Notes: a model not told the origin generated them from the letters alone. DNA of 64,000 nt from Marsupella aquatica (GCA_973895155.1 OZ316896.1:16058576-16122575), one strand, 5' to 3'. Positions 25,772 to 38,608 are shown, counted from the stretch's first letter. Numbers and translations are program-made.

Positions 25772-25848
25772 GGAGCTCGACATCTTTGCAGCATTGACAA
25801 GACATTCGCGGAGCTCGACATCTTTGCAGCATTGACAAGACATTCGCG
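25772..25848. repeat. Two-copy tandem duplication, 38-bp unit
   Basis: GGAGCTCGACATCTTTGCAGCATTGACAAGACATTCGC occurs twice. Confidence 0.9.
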
Positions 25849-26059
25849 TCCATGCCTTGACCTGAGTTTCGTCACCTTTTCGACTTACTGCCTGCCTATC
25901 GCGACTGCCCTGCATCCATACCGGCGCTTTAGGGTTTGCATGTGTTTTTCCTTCGTCCCTTTCGTTCACAGTCGTACTCCTGTTCTCATCCGGCAGCCTT
26001 CGCGACCTCCACGACGAGATGGCTTAATACTGGCTAGGTTTGGGGCATAGGAGACAGGA

Positions 26060-27215
26060 GCCTAATAAAATGTTTGTTCCTTTCGCGACCAGCTTTCCTG
26101 CAGATCAGGACATGTTATCCCCATGTCCAAATATTTGGAATCAGGGATCAGCGAATTTTTTTTGGTGATGAAAAACGTCGTACTCCGAGGATATTGGCTT
26201 CCCAATTCTGCTCCGACATAACTGTGTTCCGAGTTGAGGTGGACGATGAGACTGTATCTTCTTACGAGACAGCACTTGTGCAGCATTTACAGGTAAATTA
26301 CCCCTAAGATAGGTGACCTCAGAGCGATGTTAGACCTTTTGTGTTTAACAGAGTACTTATCGTATGGATGGAGGAGTATGTCATGTACTAGTGATCTCAT
26401 CTGAGGGACCTTAACACAATAATTGGCTCGCTTGAGAATCCAAAGGGATCTGAAATGAAAGTATTGTGAGGCTCGTCAGAATGCGCTTTTTCTAGGCAAT
26501 GCAGGCTTCTCTCTAATCGAGCAGCTGGAAAGCAGGCTTGCCCCAGCTCTGCACTTTCTGAAGAGGAAATGGGAATTCACATTCTGTGGCGGTGGCAGCA
26601 ATTGTTAAGGGAGCACTCCATGGCGTGCGATGTATTCTGAAATGGTCAACCCGAAAAGGGCAAATCCGGCCATGCGTGTTCCGCCTCGTGAGAGCGAGTA
26701 TTCAACCAAAGCTGCTTTCGGGTCTAGAGTTCCGTCTGGAAAATTCAGAACAGGGAATGTTCAGTGTATGCAGCGTAAGTGCTTCAGCGTGTACTTCCTG
26801 ATAGAGATATGTGACAACAAGGATCTTATCGCATTAGTTCTGTTCAGATGTCAGTTAGCATCTTTCTAAGTAATTCGGGGGAAAACGATTGCAAAATTTG
26901 GTAGGGTCAGCTAGTTTTGAGCCTAGAATGGCGTATCAGTGATCCGTACCCTTCTAGACTTAGAACTAGTTAACTCTAACAGATTATTGCCTGCATAGTG
27001 TGAGCTGTTAGACCCTCTGCAGCCCAAGCATGCCGACTTCGATGAGATGTTGCAACTACACGTTGAACACTGTGGCACTGCCCACCAACGCTGATTGTAC
27101 TTCAGCAGAAAGCGGGTGGTCATTAGCCACCGTCATTGTTATTGTGGAACAAGCCCTTAGCACCATGATCACAAAAGCTGCAGAAGAAGGAACCTTCATG
27201 GAGTGCCAAGTATGA
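26060..27215 (+). mobile_element. Highly degenerate non-LTR retrotransposon (LINE) remnant
   Basis: The peptide GWSLATVIVIVEQALSTMITKAAEEG (~27114-27192) resembles the plant LINE RT segment G.PL.P.LF.IV.EALS.MI.KA...G. Surrounding frames are broken by stops and the boundaries are uncertain. Confidence 0.4.
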
Positions 27216-27292
27216 TCAGGAGTGTCAACGAGGAAAATCCAAACAGAAGAAGTGAAGAGAATACACGTTAAGAACTCAATGCTGCGAGAAGT

Positions 27293-27800
27293 GGAGACAG
27301 AGAAATAGTAAACATCGAGTCATGAGTTCCACTGATTGCTTCGAATTGGAGACAGAAATAGTAACCATCGAGTCATGAGTTCCACTGAATGCTTCGAATC
27401 CTCTATTGAATATTGCTCTCTGCGTTCCCCGAGAGTCAAATCAGGACATAAGTACATCACCAAAGAGCTTTGCTCGATCGAGGAGAAAGCTAGTTTGAAA
27501 TCGTAACTGAAGAAAACAGTGGATCGAGCATCCACTAGATAGGAGCGGGGAGAGCAGACACACGTTCTGAGCCCCTCTGGCAAAACACCGAGTGTCCTTT
27601 GACAAGTAAGGACTGTACGCTGTGCAGAAAAATACAAAACGACAAAGAGAACGTTGAGACAAAGAAAGAGAATGTCGAGACAAAGATTGAGTCCCCGCTG
27701 TCAAAACATCACGTGTACTTTTACAAGTAAGGACTGTATTTGGTGCAGAAAAACACAAATCAACAAAGAGAAAGTCGAGACAAAGAACAGCAAAAAAAAA
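27293..27800. repeat. Two local duplications (~54-bp and ~120-bp period)
   Basis: GGAGACAGAAATAGTAA.CATCGAGTCATGAGTTCCACTGA.TGCTTCGAAT twice (27293-27399). ACAAGTAAGGACTGTA...GTGCAGAAAAA...CAAAGAGAA.GT.GAGACAAAGA at ~27602 and ~27723. Confidence 0.75.
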
Positions 27801-30089
27801 CCTTTCATAGGAGACAAGAGAAGAGGCTACCCACGACAAAGTTGAAGACACAAATCTTCTTTTACAACTATAAGAACGGATCCTGCCTTTTTTGTCCTCT
27901 GGGTGTGAAAGAAATATTCACAGCTGTTCGATTGGATTAGCTGCTTTCTCTGACCATTAATAAGACCATTAATAAAAAAAAAGTGCATGTGTTTCCCTCT
28001 GCCCCATAAATGCTCTGGCCCGACTCCCTATGGACAGGCCCTCCTTGCAATATGCATATTTGTTGTTCTATTCTCTTTTGACAAGCCCTTGCATGATAGT
28101 CCAATTTGCATATTGTTGTGCTTTGTGGCATGTGTGTTGCATGGAGACTCTCGATAGTATCTGACGTCTGGCTGTTCTTTGTTAAATTTCTTCAGGCTTT
28201 TGGAAACTGCCTCCTGGCAAGAACAAAGAAAGAAGACAAGGGTAATATAGATTTGGAAGGGAGCTTCGACAGGCTACCATCTCCCCAAACACAACGCCAT
28301 ATGTGACCTTGTATTCGAATAGTGGGCCATGAGGGGCTCTATTCGAATAGTGTACCCTGGGTATTGTATTTGAGTTTTGATTATGTGTTTTTATTTTTTG
28401 TATTTGCAAGGCATTGTGTTTGAAAATGGGTGTTGTGCTCGAATATTGACATTATGTTTGAATATTGGCATTGTCATATGATTCTTGAATGTTTTACTAT
28501 TTGTGTTCAATGTAATGTAAAACAGTTTAGGGTCCAATCTCGAAGACAGTGTCCAACTTGAACACAATGCCAATATTTGAACACAACGCCCAAGCTCTGT
28601 GTTAAAAGGACTTTGTGTTTGAAAAAATGCTTTTTCTTATACCTAAAAAAATCCATTTTCGAACACAACGCCGGGCGTTGGGTTCAGGGGAAGACAGTAG
28701 TTGTGCGTTGGATAATGAAAGATGCCTGCAGCAATTGTTCCATGAACAGGAGGAAGCCATTGGTTACCGTAGCCATTTGTTGCCCAAGTTAAGAAATTTG
28801 ACATTATGTGTTCCTGTTTCGTTCTCAGACTGTCCTCCTTTTGATCTTCAATTTGGCAAGCATACACTCCAGCTTTGAGGATATGCGGGGTTCGGGTGAT
28901 TTCATTTATATATATTTATTCTACCAATTGATGTGCATCTTGATTCATGCCCAATACCATGAGTCGCATGTCTACTTTACACCAATGTGGAGTTAACATG
29001 AATTTAAGTCACTTCCCAGTCGTCACCTAGTCGTTTTTCACCAAAACACTTACTTGCCAAAGCAGTGGGGCAAAGATTGCCACCCTGCCCAAGAGCTGGT
29101 TCGATGAGGTTGCCACCTCTCCTCAGGGAAGCCAATAGGCTGCCCTGTCATGACTACCTACGACAGAAAACCTGCACTCACCCAACCCCACCATCCTAAA
29201 CTATAATACAAGGTTGCGCCTTTTTATGAAGTGGTCGTCATTCAAATTTGCAGTGTCCAAAAAACATTAATCATGTCAAAGAGAAGGAAACATTAATCAT
29301 GTCAAAGAGAAGGAATAAAGGTTATATTAAATTTAGTGTGCACCAAACAAATAATAAATATATTCCAAACAAGCGGGGAATCAAATGGGAGACACAAAAG
29401 TAGGGAGCCAATGCTCGAACCAATGGGGCACACAAAACAAGAGAGTGAATGTACATGCATGAGTATCAAAGAGGTATACACATGAAATACAAAAGTACAT
29501 AATATATATGATACTATATATTATTGCAAGTATTACAATATTGTAAAATATAATAATGATAGTAATTTAATTAAAATAAGTTAATTAAAAAATAAATTAG
29601 ATTACAAAGACAATATCAAAATCTATAATAAAATGTTACTTTTTTTATTATATTAGTCATTCAAATTTGCAATATCCCAAAAATGAAAAACATGAAAGAA
29701 TGATTTCTTTTGTGAATGAAAATGGAGAGCAATGTTTCCAAGCAAAAAATGAATTTAATAGTACAAAGAAAATAAGGAGGGTCTCTAGCAATGCAAGAGT
29801 ATCAAGGAGACCTCCCTTTACCATGTACCACTATAATCCTGATCTGGTCCCTTTACAAACAAAAAAAAGTGACAATCAATCTTGAATGTTCATCAAAACA
29901 TAATTTATTTCACACTTTTAAGATCTATCCATACACCCCTTCTAAAAATAAGTTCCTGCCCAAACTACCCTTTAACCTTCCCATACCTGCCACAATTGAA
30001 AAAATTAATTAAATTTTAATTAAATTTATTCATATATAAATAATTCTATTTTTTTGAAATAATTTCAAATATAAATAAAATATAGATAA

Positions 30090-31230
30090 AATATTTTCTC
30101 ACCTCTAGATCTTTTCTCATCTTGACATAGTTTCCTCACCTTGAGATCTTTTCTCACCTCAACATATATATTATATTTGTCTCATTTTGCCATATTTTTC
30201 TCACCTGGTCATCTTTATCTCACCACAACATCTTTCTTCACCCACAACATTTTTTCCTCATATTGACATCTTTTTCTCATCTCACCATCTTTTCTCTCCT
30301 TGACTTATTTTTCTCACCTCCAAATGTTTTTCTCTAATATGACATCTTTTTCTCACCTTGCTATATTTTCTTTCCTTGACATATTTTTCTCACCTCCGAA
30401 TGTTTTTCTCTAATATGACATATTTTTCTCACCTTGCTATATTTTCTTTCCTTGACATATTTTTCTCAGCTCAAAATGTTTTTATCTTATTGACATATTT
30501 TCTCACCTTGATATATTTTCTCACCTCAACATGCATCTTTTGTGCAATGGACAGGTATCAGGCCCGATATGTACTTAACATCTTTTACTTCACAACATCT
30601 TTTAGTAATGACATACTTTATCTATTGACCATTTTATACTTAACAACATCTTAATATTTAACGACATCTTTGGCATAATGACATCATTGGCCACATGACA
30701 TCTACTTACTTGACACAATTTTTTACTTGATGACCTTTTGGGCAACATGCCATCTTTGGCAAAATGACTTCTTTTTCTTAACAACATCTTTTTACTTCAT
30801 GACATTTTTCACATAAGAACATCATTCTTGGGAAACACAACATATACTTCTCTTAAGGGCATTTTGGGCTCCACAACACTTTCCTCTTAGCAACATCTTG
30901 GGGCACACTACATCTTGGGCGCCACAACATCTGTTTTCTTAACAATATTTTGGGCGCCATGATCTCCTTAATTATTTTAATGATATTTTGGGTGACACAA
31001 CATTTTTTTCTTAACGACATCTTTTGTGCAATGCATGGGTAATCTCCCTCAACGATGTCTTGGCCGACACAACATCTTTTTCTCAATGATGTCTTTGCCG
31101 ACACAACATCTTCTTTTCAACAACATCTTGGCTGACATGACAACTTTTTTTTCAACGACCTCTTGGCCAACATGACATTTTTTTTCTCAACGACTTTTTT
31201 TCTCTCAACCACCTCTTGGCGGACACGGTA
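30090..31230. repeat. Degenerate minisatellite (~19-20-bp TTTTCTCACCTTGACATAT units grading into ACAACATCTT units)
   Basis: Dozens of variants of TTTTCTCACC/ACATCTTTT are visible. Confidence 0.75.
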
Positions 31231-32430
31231 CAACCACCTCGAGCTTTACAAGCCTCTATTTTGGATTGATCTCAAGATGACAGGTACATACAGCCCACCT
31301 AAACCAACATCTTTCCTGCTTTGAGTATATCTTTGGTCATGGCCATCATAAATCCTGGCAAGAATTTTCTCCTGGCATATTTCTTAAACTTATGGAAGAG
31401 AGGACCCACCACATCACAGGCAGTACAAAGGCATTTTGAGATCTGTACTTACTTGTCTCCTGGTAACTAGAGTAACATTTGACTTGCATGGAATTTGGGG
31501 TTTGTCTTTAATTGTGAAGACACCTAGAATCAAATTAATATGAGTGAAAAACTTTCACCTACTAAAGTGTACTACCTCCTGTGTTATCAGGGCATTGTGG
31601 CCAATAATGATCACTCAAAATTTGGCCTTAAGTTCTCATTTTGGGGGCATTACTATATACACACTAGTCTAATGCTTGTGTGTCGCACATTATTGTATAG
31701 AGTAAGTGATGGTGTGCAGAAGATGGCCCAGTTATCGTACTTTGTGGCAAATTCAAAGAGTGTGCGAGCTGTAGGAGAGTAATGGGTTGGATACTGAAAA
31801 GCTGCCCAGTGACACCTTTAGGTTCATCTCATTGTTAACCAAAAAATGCTAGCATATAATCAACTGGCCACAAGGCTCCTGGCAATAATGACATTTTGTA
31901 AACAAACCCCAAGAAAGAATAATGAAATTGTATATTAGAGTTCCAAACATATGATTTACACATGACAGTGTAAACCTCTACACTACACTAAAGCAAAACA
32001 CCAAGAACTAGATTTCATATTATAGGCTTTAGATAAATAACCAAAAATACAGTAGATACGTCCCAAATTCAATTTATCCAATTTCCACATTACAGTGCAG
32101 GGTTCACCTGTATAGTACACAAAGGCAACTTATGACATCTTTTGCATGATAACAAGACAAGTTATTTATGGCAGCTGGACTTCCACTGCCCATTTGTGCC
32201 CCTATGACTCCCACATAAATCAAAATATTACCATTTTCCTGTAAGTGTCAAAAGTTTTGTCTGAACCCCACTTTTGGATGCGGTTTGTGTGAAATGGTTA
32301 CGGTTGCAGGGGTTTTCAATTTCTACACCTTTGCCTCCCGACACAAATGGTCTACTGCAATACCCAAATACTGTTGGACAAACACCAAGGTCTCATTCTT
32401 GGTATTTATCTCCATACCATATGCTCATAG

Positions 32431-33078
32431 TGTAGAAACCGTCAGCTCCAGACTAGACAACAATGTTGAACATGAGAGTACTCAATCTCACACTACACCA
32501 ACAAGATATCACAACGGAGAAACTCCTAAAGGATCCATAGCTCATGAGAAAGTACATGTGAAGAATGAGGGAGAGATAGCTCTCCCTCTAGCCTATACCC
32601 CCCAAGGGGGACTAAGATGTGTGTGTTAGATATTGCTCTAGTCTTGTGACTCATGAGCTAACCACAGTTAGTCTAACTTGGGTTAGGACTTAGCTAATGT
32701 TAGCAGTAGTGCTATTGTGCATATAGCCAGGGCTGATGCCAGACCCTAGTGGAACTTAGGCTCATTGTTACGGAGCTAGTTGAGAGATAGGGAGAGCTTG
32801 TGCTGTGGATGCTTGGTATGGCCGGTCGGCCTAGAGTGCAGTAAAGCTCTTGTGTGTTCCCGTGGACGTAGCCTCATGTGGAGGTGAACCACGTATCTCT
32901 CTGTGTCGACTCTTGTGCATTGGATGGTTCATGGGCTTGCTGTTGCAAATGTTGTCTATGCTCAACAGTGTGGACCTAAAAAAGTGGATCTTATCCTAAA
33001 CTATCCAAGGGTTAACTAACCTCAGTCCTCAGTAAGGCCAAACTAACTAAAGCCAAGAACTTGAGTCCATCCCTAACA
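32431..33078 (-). mobile_element. Older solo LTR interrupted by the nested solo LTR at 32624
   Basis: TGTAG...CCCTAACA termini and near-TSD CATAG/CACAG (4/5). GAGAGATAGCTCTCCCT and the CCCTAACA end resemble the 7062-7384 LTR. The left boundary is uncertain. Confidence 0.5.
32624..32967 (+). mobile_element. Solo LTR (344 bp), copia-like, same family as 7551-7885
   Basis: TGTTAG...CTCAACA termini with perfect 5-bp TSD GTGTG. Close reverse complement of 7551-7885. Confidence 0.92.
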
Positions 33079-34829
33079 CACAGTTTGGGCAGCAACCAAT
33101 GGGCAGCAGGCACGAACATCCTGACATTGCAATAAATGACTTTCCAAGATCCCATGCCAAACATAAATTTTCTACTATTTATTTTTTATACAAAACACTA
33201 GCTCAATACCTGTGGACTCTACCTACGGGATTTCTGTTTGCCAATTGGCCATGGGCTTATGTCTCTACTAGATGCTTCATACCGGAAAGACTTTATACAG
33301 GTAGCCAAGTTGTTTGTTCTCTACCAAGTCTTATGGGTTCTTTGGTTGGCACGGAACAAGCATATGTTCCAGACGGGGGGGGAGCAGTGTATTTGATCTT
33401 GGACTTGTTCTTTCTGAGACTGCTGACCACCTTTATGTTGTGAGTGGCCGGTCTCCTCCGGGTAGGAAACTCTCACGTCTGCTTAATGCCAAAGCATGGC
33501 TTGATGTTTAGCGTAGGGATTGGCTCAGGCGGGGCTGTGGCCGCCTCTCTGGCCATTAAGGGCGCATTAGCTGCCGACCCTCTGGTCTTTGTTGTGTTTC
33601 CGTTCTGCTGGTCTGGGAGTGGCCTCCTTGGACATCTTGGCTGGTCCCAGGGGTGTGTCCCCTGTGTGGGTCGATGTGATGTGTAATGTCTTGTGATATG
33701 TAATGGTTGCAGTCTACTTGTGGCTGCTGCTCTCTCTAGCTGATTGCTTGCCCTTGCTGCAGGGCTTTTTGCGGCCCAATTTATTAAGTAAATTTTTTTT
33801 CCCAGGAATACCTGTGCATTGCCAATAGTGCAATGACCAGGGGTTGAACAAAAGCTAAAAGTATTACAACTGAAAGATGCAGGTTGCAAAAAGGAATTGT
33901 ACATGTGGGACACACTAACAAATGGAAGCCAAAAAATGAGTATTGTTGCTAGCAGGTGTGACTCCTCTATTAGATCCAATTGGTAATGTCTACTATCAAA
34001 GTTGTCATGGTTCCTCTCATGACTGCTTAGGGTATGTGGAATGTTTCAAGATCTATTCTTCCACAATTCCTTAGTTTCCCAATAACCATTACGGCGTCTG
34101 ACTAGCATACTAGAAGTCCCACACCATACGATACACCACCAAGGTAAGCACTGACCAAATCAACTCCCCACCATTGAAGAGCAAGGAAACCAGCCCACCA
34201 CCATAGTGGGCACCATAGAAAGAAACCTCAATAACCTCAATGAGTAAGTAGTCCTCCCGTCTCCCTTAGCAGTTCTCAAATTCAATAAGAGATATGGTCC
34301 CTGGAAATATCTTGAGTCCTATATCAAAATTATGTACCCTATTGTGTGAGTCATTGCGTGAGTCCTACGTACAATAACAACTATTAATGATCATGTGAGC
34401 AGTGCATGTATGATCATGGGGCAACCTGGAAGACAAAGCCCATTTGGATGAGCTCATTGAGTAACCTGGAAGATTAAGCATTATTTTTGGTCTCCATATC
34501 AATGCTCATCTTACTTCCCCCTAATTCTAAATTGCTTTTACTTTCATGATCATTGAAGTTAATTCTCAAAATCAACTTCAATATTCATTGGATCCTTTCC
34601 ATGTTGAGACTCATTACATATCCCCTGAGCTGTCTCCAAATGATTGTCTAAAAATGAACATATTTCAAGCTTTCCACTATGGGAGCATTATGGCTAGTGT
34701 CTCTCTCTTTATTCCTTCCAACATTTTGCAGTAGTTAACTTGGAAGTTTCAGTCCGCATAGCCCTTAAATTTCCAATGGCTCCCTTCTCTATGGATTAAT
34801 CCTTCAATTGGGTGTGCTTTAAAACATGC

Positions 34830-37300
34830 TTAGAAACATTTTGGAAAGAGCTTTCCAATTAGCCTACAATTGTCAGATATCATAAAGTATCAAAGCGATA
34901 AAACTTTTCTGAATTTTTTTGTCTTAGTTTCCTTCACAGTTTAGCTATGTTGTCAACAAAAAATGATTTCAAATTTCTCATTCATCTCTTGATGAACCTT
35001 TTGTGCTTAAACACTTAGAAACATGTAGAGAAAAGTTTCGAGTGAGCCTAACATTGGCCTACTTTGCCAAGTACTAAGGAGATTATGAAAATTAATGTTT
35101 TAATTTATCTAGCTAAAATGTAATGAGCCTAACGGGAGAGCTAGCATCAACAAAGTCTGAAACTTGAGCAATTACTAAAAGATCACGAGTTTCCAAATTT
35201 CTCTAATTAACTTTCCAATTAGCCTCACATTGACAAATTTGGAGGTATATGCTTAACAGACCCCAAACAACTCTCTCTTGCTTGATCGAGCCTCAAAGTC
35301 CATTTGTTGCCCAATTGACCCCCTTTGATAATTCCTGGTGAAATGTTCTTGTATAGGGCATTATAATGTGTACTATGGCCCAGTTCATGACATAAGCGTG
35401 TATTGCAATTGCAGTTTACAGGTGTATTGCAATTGCAGTTTACCTGAACCTGTCTGTGGGTGCAAGCAAATTGCCCAAACCGTCAACTGCTTGGTTTAGG
35501 GCTGGCCGTGCTGCAAGGGTGACTTCCAAGGATTTCAAAAATGATGTGAAGACAATATGTGTAATGTCTTCAAATGTTCATTGTTGAATTGTCCTCACAA
35601 AACATGGTCCAAATGTTCATTGTTTCACATTTTGTCATGACGACTTCTGTTGGTCATGAGGTTTGGGGGAATTTGTCGAGTGGAGGTTATTAAAAGACTC
35701 AATGTCTTTCCGCTTGAGTGTGCATGCCACCTAGATCTAGTGAGGTACACTTAGGGATATTAGATGTTAAAGATTCGATGTCATTGTGCATCTTGGCATA
35801 CAAGGGATCTGTGTGATTCTTAAATGTGACAGATTACCACCACAAGATAGAGCGTGCCCAAAAATAAGACGCAACTGCACATGGATTTAGGATGTGGCCA
35901 GGATACTTGATAGGAAAGCCCATAAGGTGTGTAAGAATTTGATATTGTCATCAATCGTTGGTTATATGTTATTATTATTCTTGTGAATACACTTTGTTGA
36001 GAATACATAATGCAAAGTGTTTTATTTCAATTGCTGGTAGTGGAAGCAAAGGCTACTCAAATTCAAAAGGGCAAACATTTCAGACATTTTGGAGAATTTG
36101 ACAAGTGTGTGGATTCTTGGCTGTCAATATGGTCCTGCGGTATAAAGATTGGAGACATTTTGAGAACAATTAATACACAAGTGTGCAGACTTAGCAAGTC
36201 GGTGTCAAAGAAATCCAGCAAAGCATTTATTTGTGAGGGAGATCCAAATATAATCTGTCCCCAGTGGAATGCACTGATAAAGATTCTCAACAAAGCTATG
36301 ATGCACATTATGGAGATAGCAGCCCAATTTTACTACCTCTAAACTTCAGATGACTAAAGACCAACCCCTAAACAACTGAAGACCATACTAGTTTTGTTTT
36401 CAAACACAAAAGTACCAACCACTGTGTCCGGTCTCATTCACGCGCAGATCGCGGGTGGACTCCTATTTGGACACAGTTGTGGCATACCACGGGTTCATAT
36501 GATAGAAATTAGAGTTAACCTTTGTAAAGTCTCCCTACAGTGCTCCTCACAAGAACTATCTGTAAGAAACTGTCAGAGGGGGTTGATTGGGTAACAAATG
36601 GACTTTGGGGGGTCGATTGGGTAACAAATAGACTTTGGGGGTTGATCAAGCAAGAAACTGTTGTTTGGGGGTCTATTTAGGGTTAAGCATATAACTCACA
36701 TATTTTGTCTAGTACTATAGAGATCATGAGTTTTTAAATTTTAATAGATTTCCAATGAGCCTCAAATGTGCAAATTTTGTCAAGTAGGAAAGAGGGTATT
36801 CGTTTCTAGATTTTTTATAGCTTTCTAATGATGCTCACATTGGCAAATTTTGTCAATCAGAACATGAGTTTTTTAAAATTTCTGTAGCTTTCCAGTGAGC
36901 CTAACATTGATAGGCAGATTTTGTCACATACTATAGAGAACATGAGTATTTGAGTTTCTCTAGTTTTGCAAATTTCCTGGAGATTTCCTGGAGAAAGCTA
37001 GAGATCCTGGAGAAAGAGATCCTGGAGGAGATCACGAGTGCTAATTTTTTGTAGAATTCCAATGAATTGGACATTGACAGATGTTTTCAATTCAAGTACT
37101 GCTAAGATCATGCTTTTCAATTTGTTTTTTCAAGGCCAAAAAAATAGATCATGCTTTTCTAAATTTGCTTAGCTTTCCAATGAGAGTAACATTGACACAT
37201 TAATTTAGTCAAGAGCTAAAGAGATCATGAGTTGAAGTATTTCTCCAACTTTCCTCACATTCACAGATTTCATCTCAAATTTTGTCACGTAGTAAGGATT
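34830..37300. repeat. Degenerate ~70-bp satellite (interrupted by the MULE-like element)
   Basis: The motif CTTTCCAATGAGCCT.ACATTG.CAAATTTTGTCAAGTACTA.AGAGATCATGAG recurs at ~34851, 35036, 35211, 36750, 36821, 36888, 37057 and 37173. Confidence 0.75.
35242..36697. mobile_element. Mutator-like (MULE) non-autonomous/deleted element, ~1.46 kb
   Basis: Long imperfect TIRs beginning with G: 35242-35335 GAGGTATATGCTTAAC..AGACCCCAAACAAC..TCTTGCTTGATC..CAAAGTCCATTTGTT.CCCAAT matches the reverse complement of 36570-36697. The 9-bp flanks ACAAATTTG / ACATATTTT match 7/9. Confidence 0.72.
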
Positions 37301-38079
37301 TTTTTTTAATGCCAAATACTGATATGTCACTGACAAGACATCTAATCGGTTACTTTGTTTTACTCTGTTGTTTGTTATTTGAAAATTTACTTTTCGATTT
37401 TTGATATTTTTACAGTTACGGGGTCTAACTGGTTTTTCTTGTCTTGCAACAAACACACACAATTGAGGATCAAAGGGTTAAAGAACCAAAGTCCTAGCCC
37501 AAAAGCTCAAGGATTCAGAATCACAAATGCAAATAATACACCACCACACACCTTACTGGGAACCGCAATGAAGAAAACTCTTCCCTACACTCCCAGAACC
37601 TGTTTGCCAACATTTAAAAAATTGAATATGTCCAAACAAAGTGAAACCACTACAATACACAAGTGAGCTACCACTTCATGTATATGTTTATGGTCCTGAT
37701 ATGCTCCTTATGGGGCTCCCATATGTCAACCCGCAGCGGGGAGGCGTATGGGAGCCCCATTGCTCCATGAAGGAGCAATGAAGGACTCTAAATATACGTT
37801 AAGTGGTCGTACCCTAGATAAACGGGTGGGGGTTGATTTGGTGCAATCCCGTATACAGACGCTACTTTTGACACCCGCGGCTATGCACTGTGCTCACTTG
37901 AAACCCTACAAATACACCACAAAATATGGTTTAAAATAATGAGATATAAATCTGCCTACGTGGCAAGCCTTGATAAGGGAAGAGCAGTAAAAATCATCGA
38001 AGGACCCTTAACGTAAGCCAAATAACCTTTCCCTGAAAACAGGCCAAAAAACAATAACAGGCCAGCTCCGCCAAAACTA

Positions 38080-38608
38080 ACGTAATTCCTGTTAGGAGAA
38101 GAGATACTCGATGTGTAACCATTTTTGTAGGGGCCTACTATAGTCATAATCTGTTGTCCTGAAAAGTTGAGCCAGTAACCTCTTTTCAGGCAGGAGTTAC
38201 GTATAGGGTAATGCAGGTCTGGGCAGGTTACTAAGGTGCGTCCCGAATATGAAAAGAAGCTGACTGGCGGCAGCCTGGACGTTTCTTTGAATATTCCGGG
38301 AGTAGGTAGTCTATAACCCTAGCCCTGTCCTGCACTAGCGTACGTAAATCCTATCAGGAGAAGAGGTTACCGGTGTGTAACCATTTCTACAGGGGCCTGC
38401 TATAGTCATAATCTGGTGTCCTGAAAAGTTGAGCCGGTAACCTCTTTCCAGGCAAGAGTTACGTACGCTAATGCAGGGCAGGGCTGGGGTTATAGGCTGT
38501 AACCTGCTCCCGGAATATTCAAAGAAGCTTCCTGGCTGCCGCCGGTCAGTTTCTTTTCATATTCCGGACGCCTAGTAACCCTGCGCCCAGACCTGCATTA
38601 CCCTATAC
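38080..38608. mobile_element. Composite foldback/MITE-like repeat, A-B-A-B(reverse complement)
   Basis: A modules at 38080-38202 and 38341-38465 are direct repeats, each with terminal inverted ACGTAA.TCCT / AG.AGTTACGT. B (38201-38347) is inverted at 38459-38608. A is related to the inverted repeats at 4156-4273 and 5931-6054. Confidence 0.75.

Noticed and set aside
28355-28680. Inverted arrays of GCATTGTGTTTGAA / TTGAACACAATGCC suggesting a MITE
   Set aside because: Termini and TSD are too degenerate to delimit by eye.
33099-33979. ORFs of 114 and 168 aa
   Set aside because: No motifs, no splice context and overlapping on both strands, so treated as spurious.
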